Source of the DNA: an uncultured delta proteobacterium
GTDB lineage: Bacteria > Myxococcota_A > Polyangia > Polyangiales > B10-G4
Assembly (NCBI GenBank): GCA_963727445.1
Contig: CAVSGI010000010.1
Span: forward strand, 224,001 to 288,000
Reading direction: 5' to 3'
Length of the DNA stretch: 64,000 bases
Shown: piece after piece, positions 1 through 9,953 of the stretch
How positions within the stretch are numbered: position 1 is the stretch's first letter
Layout: each line of letters opens with the position of its first letter
Notes under the pieces: generated by a model
The model's input: only the letters and a program-made list of their open reading frames with translations
Databases searched by the model: none
What the model was told of the DNA's origin: nothing
Made by a program: the position numbers and the translations under genes

Positions 1-551
1 TGCTCGGTCAGGACCTGGGTCGCCTGTACGATGGCGCCGTGGAGGTTGGTCGAGGGGTCGCGGGAATGGAAGCTGGAGAGCCGGTTGATGCCGGCGGAGC
101 CGCGACCGGCCGAGCTGGTGAAGGGCGTGATCGGGTGGATCTCCTCGGCGCCGTCGAAGGCATAGACGGCGACCTCCTGATAGCCCTCGAGGGTCGAGGT
201 GAACTCGCTGGCGGCGGCCTCGATGAGGGGGACCTGGTCGCTCTCGGTGACGCTGCCGCTCATGTCGACGAGGAGCAGGGTGTAGTGCTTGGCAGCGACC
301 TCGGGGTTGATGATGGTCTGCCGGCTCTCGTCGATGGAGACCAGGCGGCCGTCCTCGTAGATCTTGAAGTCCTCGGCGGTGAGGCCGGGCACCGGATCGC
401 CCTCGTTGTCGTCGACGGTGAAGAAGACCGCGACGTTGCTGGGGGCCTGGTAATCGGCCTGCACCAACTCGAGATCCAGCGAAGGACCACACGCGCCACA
501 GACGAGGGCGGCGAGGAGGACCGGGGCGAGATGAGTACGCTTGGTAGGCAT
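1..551 (-). CDS. VWA-domain lipoprotein (partial, runs off window start)
   Basis: Manual translation MPTKRTHLAPVLLAALVCGAC...GLTAEDFKIYEDG...LLLVDMSGS...AFDG...TNLHGAI: lipobox-like signal and MIDAS DxSxS motif; not in ORF track because the stop lies outside the window. Confidence 0.8.
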   Translation of the reverse strand, partial: MPTKRTHLAPVLLAALVCGACGPSLDLELVQADYQAPSNVAVFFTVDDNEGDPVPGLTAEDFKIYEDGRLVSIDESRQTIINPEVAAKHYTLLLVDMSGSVTESDQVPLIEAAASEFTSTLEGYQEVAVYAFDGAEEIHPITPFTSSAGRGSAGINRLSSFHSRDPSTNLHGAIVQATQVLTE

Positions 552-595
552 CGAGCGCGAGGATACCGAAAACCGAGCCACGGCTGCGATTTTGC

Positions 596-1771
596 TCAAC
601 CGTGCAAAATTGTGGAGAGACGGCTCAGGGCCGCGTCCAGCTCTCTCGGCGGTATCGACGTGAAACACATCCGTACCCAGCGGTCGAAATCCGCGCCGCA
701 TGCCCGGCCGGGCGTCATCAGCACACCACCTTCGAGGCAGCGCTCGAGGAAGGGCATCGCCGTCTCCTCGCCCTCTCGAAGGTAGGGGCTCGCATCGAAG
801 AAGAGGAAGGTGCCGCCGCGGGGGGCGGGGACGCCGAGCACCTCGGCCGCCCGCCCGCCCGCTTCCTTGTATAGGCGCCGCGCCTCGTCGAGCCACGCGT
901 CGCCCTCGCGAAGAGCCCGGGCGGCGCCCATCTGCATCGGCCGCGGCGCGCAATAGGTCATGAAGGTCTGGGCGCCGCGGATCGCCTGCATCGCCTCCGC
1001 GGGTCCGTGGGTGAAGCCCACGCGCGCGCCGGCGAGCCCGTAGCCCTTCGAGAGGGTGTGCGTCGCGACCGCGCGGTCGCGGAGATCCTCGCGGTCCCAG
1101 ATCGGTGCGAAGGGCGCGTCTTCGAGCCAGAGCTCTTCGTAGGCCTCGTCGCAGATCACCCAGAGATCGTGGCGTTTCGCCACGCGAGCGATGGCGGCCT
1201 GGTGCGCCTCCGAGAGCACGCGACTCGTCGGGTTGTGGGGCGAGTTCACGTAGACGGCGGCGGTGCGATCGGTGACCGCCGCCTCGAGGGCGGCTTCGAG
1301 GTCGAAGTCTTCCTCGTCGACGCGATGAAGAATCGGCACCTCCACCGGGACCGCGCCGCGTCCCGCGATGATCCCGCGGATCAACGGCCAGTAGGGCGAC
1401 GGGAGCAGGACCTCCTCGCCGACGTCGACCAGCGTCTTGATCACCACCGAGAGGCCCGCGGTGGCGCCGGCCTGCACCTGGATGCGATCGCGATCGATCA
1501 CGCGCCCCACGCGCTCCTTCAACCGCTCGACGATGGCGTCGAGGAAGACGGGCTCGCCCGCGGGGACCGCGTAGTTGTGCAGGCGCGGGTGCTCCGAGGT
1601 GAGCTGCGCCTCGGCGCGCGCGGCCGCCGGCGGGTCGAGGTAGGTGTCGCCCACCGTGAGCCAATGGACCTTCTCCTCGCGCTCCTTGCGCTTGGCTTTG
1701 GCGACCAGCTCGCTGAAGACGCGGGCGGAGAGGGTGTCGGTGGTGGGCGAGACGCTGGGGAAGCGCGGCAT
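596..1771 (-). CDS. PLP-dependent aminotransferase, class I/II
   Basis: NSPHNPT, DEAYE and SKGYGLAGARVG motifs. Confidence 0.9.
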   Translation of the reverse strand: MPRFPSVSPTTDTLSARVFSELVAKAKRKEREEKVHWLTVGDTYLDPPAAARAEAQLTSEHPRLHNYAVPAGEPVFLDAIVERLKERVGRVIDRDRIQVQAGATAGLSVVIKTLVDVGEEVLLPSPYWPLIRGIIAGRGAVPVEVPILHRVDEEDFDLEAALEAAVTDRTAAVYVNSPHNPTSRVLSEAHQAAIARVAKRHDLWVICDEAYEELWLEDAPFAPIWDREDLRDRAVATHTLSKGYGLAGARVGFTHGPAEAMQAIRGAQTFMTYCAPRPMQMGAARALREGDAWLDEARRLYKEAGGRAAEVLGVPAPRGGTFLFFDASPYLREGEETAMPFLERCLEGGVLMTPGRACGADFDRWVRMCFTSIPPRELDAALSRLSTILHG

Positions 1772-1779
1772 GCCGCTCT

Positions 1780-2808
1780 CTACATCACAACGATGTCGGC
1801 TCTGCAACCGGCCATGCCCCCGTGCCCGTCCCGGACGACCACCCAGACCGGATAGGTTCCAGGCTCCTCGGGGGTGGTCCAGACGCCTTCATCGGTGGGG
1901 GCGCGGGTGTTCTCGAAGGCGATGTGCCCCTCGGTCGAATAGAAGGAGTAGAAGGCGCCCTCGTTCACCTGGACGAACTGCCCGGCCGCGTCGACCACCG
2001 TGTACTCCTCGACCCAGGTGTCGGGGCCCGGCTCGAGGTTCACGTCCTCGGGGTCGAGGAGGTAGTCGGTGTTCGCCTCGAGGGTGATCGGCTCGCCGCT
2101 CTCGCTCACGCAGACGAATGGCTCGTCGACCTCGCGCGCGCTGAGCCACTCGTTGTCCTCGAGGGGCGCGTCCCGGAGCCGGACGCCGAAGCGGATGGGC
2201 CACGGGTTCCGCGCGAGGTCGTCCGCGTCGCGCGCCATGATGAGCACCCGCTTGAAGGCGCTGACGAAGACCTCGGCGTCCGGCGCACAAGCGGTGCCGC
2301 CCGCCGGCCCGTCGCAGACGCGGAGCTGAATGGTGATGGTGAGGCCGACGTCGGTGAGGATGCGCTGGACGAACTCGATGGGGACGCCCAGGGCGTCGGC
2401 GGCCGCCTGGAGGTTGTCCGGCGTGACCGCGGCGTCGATGGAGTCGGCGCCGACGAAGAAGGAGGCGGTCCCGTCGGGGCCGGGCACCAGGGGCAGCACC
2501 GGATAGCCTTCGCAGGCGAGGCCCGGGATGTTGGTCTCGTAGGTGCTGCTGTTGAGGTTCGGCACGCGCTCGGGCCGCAGGCACCCCAGCCACTCGAAGA
2601 CCACGCCATCGCGCGGCGTGACACGCTCGCCATTGGGATCGACCACCAGCGGCGTCAGGCCGACCGTGCGGCCGACGCCCACCGTGGGCGGATCGGCGAC
2701 CACCGCGAGGACGCGCCAGGTCTGGATCTTCGACGGGCGGTCGAAGTGTGGATCGAAGCACGCCGACAGCGCGACGCACGCGAGCGAGAGCGCGAGCAGC
2801 CGACCCAT
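1780..2808 (-). CDS. Lipoprotein, partner of upstream TonB-dependent receptor
   Basis: MGRLLALSLACVALSAC lipobox; RVLAVVADPP and WVVVRDGHGG motifs; ATG overlaps the receptor stop (TGATG). Confidence 0.7.
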   Translation of the reverse strand: MGRLLALSLACVALSACFDPHFDRPSKIQTWRVLAVVADPPTVGVGRTVGLTPLVVDPNGERVTPRDGVVFEWLGCLRPERVPNLNSSTYETNIPGLACEGYPVLPLVPGPDGTASFFVGADSIDAAVTPDNLQAAADALGVPIEFVQRILTDVGLTITIQLRVCDGPAGGTACAPDAEVFVSAFKRVLIMARDADDLARNPWPIRFGVRLRDAPLEDNEWLSAREVDEPFVCVSESGEPITLEANTDYLLDPEDVNLEPGPDTWVEEYTVVDAAGQFVQVNEGAFYSFYSTEGHIAFENTRAPTDEGVWTTPEEPGTYPVWVVVRDGHGGMAGCRADIVVM

Positions 2809-5273
2809 CACTCGTACTCCAATCTGACGCCGAGGGTGGGCAGGAAGGGCAGGCCGGGTACGCGCGCGGAGGCGCCGAAGTCGTACTGATACTGGATGCC
2901 CTCGCCGTTCTGCGCGTTGTAGATGTTGATGATGTCCAGATAGACCGAGCCGTGCAGGCTGTCCCCGAGCCAGAACTCGCGATCCACGCGCACGTCGAGC
3001 TGGTGGTAGGTCGGCAGGCGCTGGGTCCGCGGCCCGAGCGCGGGGCGGTAGCAATCGCACTCCACGTCGTAGTCGGAGCTGAGCACGGCCCGCGTCGGGC
3101 GGCCAGTGGAGAGCGTGAAGCGCACGCCGAAGCGCCAGCCGTGCCAGGTATAGCTCGCCGCCAGGAACAGGTTGTGTCGCTGGTCGTAGGAGAAGGGCGT
3201 GGTGTTTCCGTCCAGGGTGAAGCGCTCGCTCCACGACAGGGTGTAGCTGATCCAGCCGAAGAGACCTTCGGCGACGCGCCGGCGGATCAAGACCTCGAGA
3301 CCGTAGGCCTGCCCGTTCCCGTCGGCCGCGTAGACCTGACGGCGCGGCTCGCCGGTGCGCTCGTCGATGATGAAGTCGTTGGTGGTCCGCGGCATGCGGT
3401 AGAAGCGGTTGTAGAAGGCCTGGGACTGCACCTCGAAGTGCTCGGGGAGCGTGAGCTCGAAGCCACCGCTGTTCTGCCAGGCGCGTTGCGGGAGCATGCT
3501 CGGGTTCCCGAACTCGCGAGCGATGTGATACGGCAGGGGCGGTTGGGTGAAGAGGCCGGTGGCGACCTTGAAGACCAGCGGCTCCACGAGGCGGTAGCGA
3601 GCGACGAGGCGCGGGTCGAACTCGGCGCGGGCGACGCGGCCGTAGGAGAGGTTTTCGAGGCGCAGGCCGGCGACCACTTCGAGCGGGGCGAAGTCGATCT
3701 TCTGCTCGATGTAGGGCGCGACGGTGCTGATGATCGGGTTGATGCTCAGCGGCGGGCCGACGCGCGAGTCGGTGGCCTGCGGCGTGGGGAAGGTCCCGTA
3801 TCCGGGCGGGATGGGGAAGGTCGCCGTCGCGTCGTACTTGGTCGCGGAGAGATCGACACCGACCGTGGTCTGCAGCGAGTCACTCTCGGGAATGATCAAG
3901 CCCAGGCGCTGCGCGAAGAAGGTGCCCACGAGATTGAGTCCGGTGTCGACGCCGCCGGGGTCGCGCTGGCGCAGCTCGGCGTCGTTGATGCCGACGGTGC
4001 CGCGCCACGCGAGGCGCACTCCGTGGCCGACCTTCCAGTCGAAGCCGCCGATGAGGCGCTGAAAGCGATAGCCGAGGTTGGTGCTGCTGTTCTGATCGCT
4101 GACGACGGCGCCCTCTTCGCTCTGGGCCTTCAGGCTGTCCTCGGAGCCGAAGTAGAAGAGGAAGGCGGAGAGGCGGTCCGAGAACTGGTAGTCCACCCGC
4201 ACCTGCCAGTCCTGATAGAAGAGGTTGATCTGGGGGGCGATGAGGGGGAGGAGCAGCTCGTAGTAGGAGCGGCGATAGGCGGCGGAGATGCGCCCGCGGC
4301 CGTTGTCGAAGGGCACCACGCCTAGGACGCTCGCCTTGAAGATGTCGAGCTCGCCCTCGAGGTGGAAGCGATTGGCCGGGGCGTGGGTGTCGACGGCGAT
4401 GAGGCCCGCGGTGAAGCGGCCGTACTTCACGGGGAAGCCGCCGGGGTAGAAGTTGAGCTCGTCGACGAAGCGCGAGGAGATGACCGCGGGGCCCGCGCCG
4501 AGGTGATAGAGGAGCGGCACCTCGAAGCCGTCCACCATGAAGCCCGTGTTCTGAAAGGACGCCCCGCGGACGACGTAGAAGCCCGCGCCGAAGGGTGTGC
4601 GCGCGACGCCGGGCATCGTCTGCACGACGCGGAGCGGCTCACCGAAGGTGCCGGGGACCGTGGTGAGCTCGGCGCCCTGAAGCGTGTAGCGGCTCACCGC
4701 CCCCGGCTCGGGCGCGACGATGCGCGCATGCGCGCCGAAGCCCTGGGTGTCCTCGGCCGACGCCGGCTCGGCGCTTTCCGCTGCCGGCGCGGACGCGGTC
4801 GGCGGGGACCCCTCTCGTTGGGCGTCCGGCTCCGGCCCTTCACCGGCGCGAGGTTCGTCCCCGTGGTCCGCAGGAACCGTTCCCGTTCCCGTTCCCGTTC
4901 CCGTTCCCGCACCCGTTCCCGTCTCTCCCTCCGCTCTCTGCGCGATCGCAAACCGGAAGCGCACCCGCGCCGGGATCGGCTCTCCGTCCCGCGTCGCCGG
5001 CTCGAAGCGCATCTCGCGCGCGGCCTCGAGCGCGAGGGCGTCCACGTCCTGTCGCAGGCCCTGTGCAATCTCGGCTTCCGTGACAGTTCCATCGGCGGCG
5101 ATGGTCAGGGTCAAGAGCACTCCCGCGTCCTCGGGGAGTGGCTCGGCGTCTTCGGGGACGACGACCTCGGGCGCCGTGACCAGGCGCGGTGGGACGAGCT
5201 CCTGAGCGGCCGCGGTCTCACAAGAGGCGGACGCCATGAGGCCGAACAAGAGCGCGCGGACGGGCCGGAGCAT
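2808..5273 (-). CDS. TonB-dependent receptor with N-terminal TonB C-terminal-like domain
   Basis: N-terminal TIAADGTV...AAREMRFEPATRDGEP; plug region VPGTFGEPLRVVQTMPGV...YPGGFPVKYG; beta-barrel C-terminus LPTLGVRLEYE. Confidence 0.85.
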   Translation of the reverse strand: MLRPVRALLFGLMASASCETAAAQELVPPRLVTAPEVVVPEDAEPLPEDAGVLLTLTIAADGTVTEAEIAQGLRQDVDALALEAAREMRFEPATRDGEPIPARVRFRFAIAQRAEGETGTGAGTGTGTGTGTVPADHGDEPRAGEGPEPDAQREGSPPTASAPAAESAEPASAEDTQGFGAHARIVAPEPGAVSRYTLQGAELTTVPGTFGEPLRVVQTMPGVARTPFGAGFYVVRGASFQNTGFMVDGFEVPLLYHLGAGPAVISSRFVDELNFYPGGFPVKYGRFTAGLIAVDTHAPANRFHLEGELDIFKASVLGVVPFDNGRGRISAAYRRSYYELLLPLIAPQINLFYQDWQVRVDYQFSDRLSAFLFYFGSEDSLKAQSEEGAVVSDQNSSTNLGYRFQRLIGGFDWKVGHGVRLAWRGTVGINDAELRQRDPGGVDTGLNLVGTFFAQRLGLIIPESDSLQTTVGVDLSATKYDATATFPIPPGYGTFPTPQATDSRVGPPLSINPIISTVAPYIEQKIDFAPLEVVAGLRLENLSYGRVARAEFDPRLVARYRLVEPLVFKVATGLFTQPPLPYHIAREFGNPSMLPQRAWQNSGGFELTLPEHFEVQSQAFYNRFYRMPRTTNDFIIDERTGEPRRQVYAADGNGQAYGLEVLIRRRVAEGLFGWISYTLSWSERFTLDGNTTPFSYDQRHNLFLAASYTWHGWRFGVRFTLSTGRPTRAVLSSDYDVECDCYRPALGPRTQRLPTYHQLDVRVDREFWLGDSLHGSVYLDIINIYNAQNGEGIQYQYDFGASARVPGLPFLPTLGVRLEYE
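4877..4922 (+). repeat. (CCCGTT)n hexamer microsatellite encoding a GTGTGT linker
   Basis: ~7 tandem hexamers read directly. Confidence 0.85.
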
Positions 5274-5433
5274 GGGACGGGCAGTGTGTCTCAAACCACG
5301 GGGAAACTGGGACCCAAGATCGTCGGCCGTTCAGCCCGCGACTTCTCGAAGGCGCGCCCGAGGTAGGGATCCACTGGCATTCGATGGCGGTGGTGCAGCC
5401 GGCGTCCGGTGGAGATTGGCGTACCATGGTGAG

Positions 5434-6264
5434 GTGGCACCGAGACGTTCGGGCGGGCTTTGGGGGGTCGTCTTCTTCGCGATGGTGGCGGGCGGTTGCT
5501 ACCGCGTGCACGAGCGGGACGTCGGGGGCGTGGATTCCGGCGTGCCGGACGCGCACCTCGACGCGGTCGTGGACGCGCGGGTCGCCGACGCGCGGGTCGC
5601 CGACGCGCGCGTTCGGGACGCGGGGAGCCCGATGCTCGTGTGGGTGGTCGTGCATCCATCGGATGCGCCGTCGGGCGCGGGGATGTACCTCTTCGACGAG
5701 AGCGCGCAGGAGGTCCTTCGGCAGCTGCCGCTGCCGGACGGAGTGACGTCGCCGCACGCGATCCTCTGGGATGGGTCGTCGCTCTGGCTCGGCGGTCACG
5801 ACCGGGTGCCGGCGATCCGCGAGATCGATCCGGAGACGGGGGCGGTACGCTCGCTCTGGGCCGGCGTGGTGACGGAGGGGGTCGCGACCGATGGCGAGAG
5901 CTACTTCTACGTCGCGGACGCGATCTCGCCGCTGTTGCGCGTCGACCGCGCGGGCACCGTTCTGTCATCGATCGCGCTGCCCGAGGGGACGATCCAGGAC
6001 CTCGTGTGGGCGCGCGGCGCGCTCTACTACCTCGTGAACGACGGCCCGGACCGGATCGTTCGGCTCGATCCGGAGACGGGCGCGCGCGAGGATGTCGCGC
6101 GCACGGGTCTCGGGGCGCCGTACTCGCTCGGCTTCGACGGCACCTTTGTCGTGGTCGCCATGAACGGGCGCGCGTATCGGTTCGATCCGGAGACGGGGGA
6201 GCTCGTCAGCGACAGCGACTTCGCCGTGCCCGGGTGGATCACGGCGATCTCGTACGTGCGTTGA
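5434..6264 (+). CDS. Putative beta-propeller lipoprotein
   Basis: Signal ending VAGGC, DA-rich linker, repeated WDG/TDG/FDG and three IDPETG/LDPETG/FDPETG blades; GTG start inferred. Confidence 0.6.
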   Translation: MAPRRSGGLWGVVFFAMVAGGCYRVHERDVGGVDSGVPDAHLDAVVDARVADARVADARVRDAGSPMLVWVVVHPSDAPSGAGMYLFDESAQEVLRQLPLPDGVTSPHAILWDGSSLWLGGHDRVPAIREIDPETGAVRSLWAGVVTEGVATDGESYFYVADAISPLLRVDRAGTVLSSIALPEGTIQDLVWARGALYYLVNDGPDRIVRLDPETGAREDVARTGLGAPYSLGFDGTFVVVAMNGRAYRFDPETGELVSDSDFAVPGWITAISYVR

Positions 6265-6314
6265 GCGGCGTGGCCGAGACATCTCGCGGTCGTGTCCCCG
6301 CGACATCGCGCGGG

Positions 6315-7634
6315 TCAGAAGAGGATGGCGCCGAAGCTCTCGTCCTCGGAGCAAGGCGTTCCCGTGACCGCGCCCCCGCAGGTCGAAGGTGAGAAGCGCC
6401 CCCCGCTCACCTCGAAATGAGCGGAGCAGTTGGGGACAGCCGGGGTGACGTTCTCGTCGATCCAGCGATCGCCCACCCGCACGTGGGTCGCCGTCCACGC
6501 GCTGCCCGAGCGCCATCCGATGCAGGTCGGCGAAAGCAGCCGCGCCTCGTGCGCCGCCGCCTCGACCCAGACGCAGTAGCCCGGGTGTCCCTCACAGGAT
6601 TCTCCGTTGCCGGCCATCCCGCCGAGCGTGAGACCGGAGCTGACCAAGCCCTCGTCGGTCACGAGCAGCGACACGAGCAGGCGCCCGAGATCGCGCTGGT
6701 TGCCCCAGCTCGTCTCCCCCACCACCAGCCAGCCGCCGTCGGGGGTGGGCGCGACGCTCGCGATGGAGTCGATCGGGCTGTTGACGCATTCGAGCGTCGG
6801 GCGATCCGAATCGCTGACGCAGACGAGCATGCCCTCGATCTCCAGGTCGGCGAAGGTCACGAGCAGGAGCCTGTGAGTGGTGTCGAGCGCAAAACCGCGA
6901 AGCGCAAAGGTGTCGTGTGCGGCGAGGACCGCCGCGATGCGCTGGACGGTGGGTGTGGTGAGCACGGCCCCCGGACGCGTTCTTCGCGAAGCCCGAGCCC
7001 GCACGCGACGCGACCGTCTGCGTTGGGAGGGCGGCACCAGCGCAGCCGGCGGCGTCAGGTCGAGCGGGCCGGGGGGCGGCCGCACGCTGGGGGGCGCACG
7101 GCGGCACTGCCCGACGCCGGTGTCGTAGCTCACCGCGCAGTCGACCACGCCGTCCTGAGCGGTCGCGAAGTAACGCCCGGTCTGGTCGAGCACCACGCCC
7201 GCCTCGGCGAGCTCCCGCAAGAAGCGCGCGGCTTCGAGCGTCTCGGATCGGTCCAGCGTCTGCCCCTCCCCATACTGGCGATACCCGACGCGCAGCCGGA
7301 GCCCCTCCCAGACGATCGCCGCCGTGCCGAGCGGCTGCCGATCCGTCGGCGCCTCGACGATCGTCACCTGCGCCCCATCGAGCTCTTCTCGCACCTGCTC
7401 CTCGAGGGTGGGCAGCCTCGCCTCGTCGCGCTCGAGCTCCAGCTGCTGCTCTGCGGCGATGCGGTCCAGTGCGGCCCCGGGCGGGTCCTGCGCAGCCGTG
7501 GCCCCCGACGCTGCGGGAGCCGCCACCGGGCGACCCTCCGCCGCTTTCCCCCCACACGCGAGCACCGAGAGCATCGCCACCAGAACGCCGCTGACCCTCG
7601 GCCAAACGGCCCGACCCGACCGCCCACCGGTCAC
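6315..7634 (-). CDS. Hypothetical lipoprotein
   Basis: VLAC lipobox; start abuts the upstream Cys-rich gene; no family recognised. Confidence 0.55.
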   Translation of the reverse strand: MTGGRSGRAVWPRVSGVLVAMLSVLACGGKAAEGRPVAAPAASGATAAQDPPGAALDRIAAEQQLELERDEARLPTLEEQVREELDGAQVTIVEAPTDRQPLGTAAIVWEGLRLRVGYRQYGEGQTLDRSETLEAARFLRELAEAGVVLDQTGRYFATAQDGVVDCAVSYDTGVGQCRRAPPSVRPPPGPLDLTPPAALVPPSQRRRSRRVRARASRRTRPGAVLTTPTVQRIAAVLAAHDTFALRGFALDTTHRLLLVTFADLEIEGMLVCVSDSDRPTLECVNSPIDSIASVAPTPDGGWLVVGETSWGNQRDLGRLLVSLLVTDEGLVSSGLTLGGMAGNGESCEGHPGYCVWVEAAAHEARLLSPTCIGWRSGSAWTATHVRVGDRWIDENVTPAVPNCSAHFEVSGGRFSPSTCGGAVTGTPCSEDESFGAILF

Positions 7635-7641
7635 GGAGGCC

Positions 7642-9891
7642 TCAGACGCATTGGCCGCGCGCGTCGCAGCTCATCCCAGTCGCGCAGTCGCTGTCCATGG
7701 TGCACTCGATCGGGATCCGGCAGAAGCCGTCGATGCACACCTGATCGGTGGGGCAGTCGGAGCCGATGCGGCACGTCGTCGCTGGGCGGCAGAAGCCGAG
7801 CTCGCAGGCCTCGCCCATGGCGCAGTCGGTGTCGAGGCTGCACTCCTGCGGCGGAAGGACGTAGCAGAAGCCGCCGAGACAGTCCTGCATCGGCGGGCAA
7901 TCGCTGTCGGTCATGCAGCCGCCCGGGTTCGTGCACTGGTTGTTGATGCACATCCGGCCGTCACTGCAGTCGGCGTCGGTGCCGCAGAAGAGCCACGGGA
8001 TGCAGCGGGTCCCCACACATCCCCAGCCGTAGTTGCAGTCGGCGGTGCTGGCGCAGGAGGTCGGCTGACAGAACTGCGCCGCCTCGCAGCGCTCCCCCGT
8101 CGGACAGTCCGCGTCGCTCATGCAGTCGGGAGCGATGAAGCACGCACCGAAGTCCGCGCAGGTGGTCCCCTCCGGGCAGCCGCCCATCGTACCGGGCGGG
8201 AAGCAGAACTCGAGGGCGTAGCACTGGGTCCCGATGCAGGTGAAGCCCAGCGGGCAGTCCGGGTTCGACATGCAGGCGATGTCCGGGATGCACGCCCGGG
8301 TCGAGAGGTTGCAGATGGTCCCCATCGCGCAGTCGTCGTTGGCGCGGCACGGCATCGATTGGCAGGAGCCGGTGACGCAGCTCTCGCCCGCGGCGCAGTC
8401 TGCGGCGCTCCGGCATTCGCCCACGTACCTGCACGCACCGATGACGCATTCGTAGCCGGGGTCGCAGTCCGAGTCGCGGCTGCATTCGCCCACGTAGGTG
8501 CACGCCCCGGCCACGCAGCGGTAGCGGTCCGGGCAGTCACCGTCGGTCGTGCAGTCGCCCACGAAGATGCAGCGGCCGAGCGAGCAGCTGTAGCCAGAGG
8601 CGCAATCCCCGTCGGTCATGCACTCCGGTGGAGGCACGCACGCGCCGCTCTCGCACACCTGCATCGGCGGGCACGGGGTGCCGGGGCAGCCCTCGATGTC
8701 CTGGCAGAACCCGATGTTGCACTCCTGGCCCATCGGGCAGTCGGTGTCGCGCTCGCACATGGGCGGCGGCAGTGGCACGCAGGCCCCATCGACGCAGACC
8801 GGGGCGAGGACGGTGCACTCGTCGTCCGAGGTGCAGCCGTCGGGGACGATGCAGAGCCGATCGCGGCAGACCATGCCCATGAAGGGGCAGTCCTCGTCGC
8901 GTCCGCAGATGAAGGGCGGAACGCAGCGCGTGTCGATGCAGCGCCACCCCGCGGAGCATTCGGAGTCGACCATGCAGGCCACCGGCTGACAGCTCATCCC
9001 GTCGCAGCGCTCGGTGGCCCGGCAGTCGTCGTCCGAAGTGCAGGCGGGCGGCGGCGCGCAGCGGAAGCCGTCACAGCGCTCGCCCGGTGGACAGTCCGCC
9101 GAGTCGCGGCAGCGGATGAAGCTGGTGCACCGCCCAGCGATGCACAGATCGCCGACGGGACAGTCGCCGTCGGTCATGCACTCCATGGCGGGCACGCAGC
9201 GCCGGGAGAAGAGGTCGCAGAGCTCGCCGGTCGGACAATCCGCGTCGCGCACGCATCCGGTCGGCACGCAGGAGGCGCTCTCGCAGCGAAACCCGCTCGC
9301 GCAGTCCCCGTCGATCAGACACTCGCCCGTGAAGACGCAGCGCGTCGACTCGCAGCTGAATCCCGTGCTGCAATCCGCGTCGGTCATGCAGTCGCCGGTG
9401 AAGACGCAGACGTCGCTCATGCAATCGAAGCCGGTCGGGCAATCCGCGCCGCTCATGCACTCGCCCACGAAGACGCAAGTCCCGCCGACGCAGTCCTCGG
9501 AGGGCCCGCAGTCGCTGCGCGTGGTGCACTCGGTCGGCGTGTCGCAGCGCCCGGAGACACAGACGTCGCCGGGGTCGCAGTCGGCATCGCTCGTGCAGCC
9601 GCCGCGGAAGACGCAGCGGAAGCTCTCGCAGAACTCGCGCGGGGGGCATTCGAGATCGCTCCGGCACTCGGGGCTCGCGCACGCGCCATCGACGCACATC
9701 GCTCCGGGCCCACAGTCGGCGTCGGATTCGCAGATGACGGTGGCGTCTGCGTCGGGCGGCGAGGCATCCACCGAACCGTCGGACACGTCGCCGTCGAAGG
9801 GGGGCGGGCCGTCGGGGTGTGAGCGCCCGCAGCCACCGAGGCAAGCGAGCAGGAAGGCACAAAGGACGGCAGGAAAGACGAACGACCGCAT
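7642..9891 (-). CDS. Large Cys-rich repeat secreted protein (about 30 CxxDxDC...C...C modules)
   Basis: Signal peptide/lipobox followed by ~22-aa four-Cys repeats to the C-terminus. Confidence 0.85.
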   Translation of the reverse strand: MRSFVFPAVLCAFLLACLGGCGRSHPDGPPPFDGDVSDGSVDASPPDADATVICESDADCGPGAMCVDGACASPECRSDLECPPREFCESFRCVFRGGCTSDADCDPGDVCVSGRCDTPTECTTRSDCGPSEDCVGGTCVFVGECMSGADCPTGFDCMSDVCVFTGDCMTDADCSTGFSCESTRCVFTGECLIDGDCASGFRCESASCVPTGCVRDADCPTGELCDLFSRRCVPAMECMTDGDCPVGDLCIAGRCTSFIRCRDSADCPPGERCDGFRCAPPPACTSDDDCRATERCDGMSCQPVACMVDSECSAGWRCIDTRCVPPFICGRDEDCPFMGMVCRDRLCIVPDGCTSDDECTVLAPVCVDGACVPLPPPMCERDTDCPMGQECNIGFCQDIEGCPGTPCPPMQVCESGACVPPPECMTDGDCASGYSCSLGRCIFVGDCTTDGDCPDRYRCVAGACTYVGECSRDSDCDPGYECVIGACRYVGECRSAADCAAGESCVTGSCQSMPCRANDDCAMGTICNLSTRACIPDIACMSNPDCPLGFTCIGTQCYALEFCFPPGTMGGCPEGTTCADFGACFIAPDCMSDADCPTGERCEAAQFCQPTSCASTADCNYGWGCVGTRCIPWLFCGTDADCSDGRMCINNQCTNPGGCMTDSDCPPMQDCLGGFCYVLPPQECSLDTDCAMGEACELGFCRPATTCRIGSDCPTDQVCIDGFCRIPIECTMDSDCATGMSCDARGQCV

Positions 9892-9953
9892 CGCCTTCAA
9901 GATACCACGTCCCCTCTACCCGAAAACTCGACGGCCCCCTATCATTCGCGCCC

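Noticed and set aside
6270..6313. Possible orphan copy of the array repeat (GCGACATCGCG match)
   Set aside because: Only ~11 bp match and lacks the TGACCGC stem; more likely a simple hairpin between convergent genes
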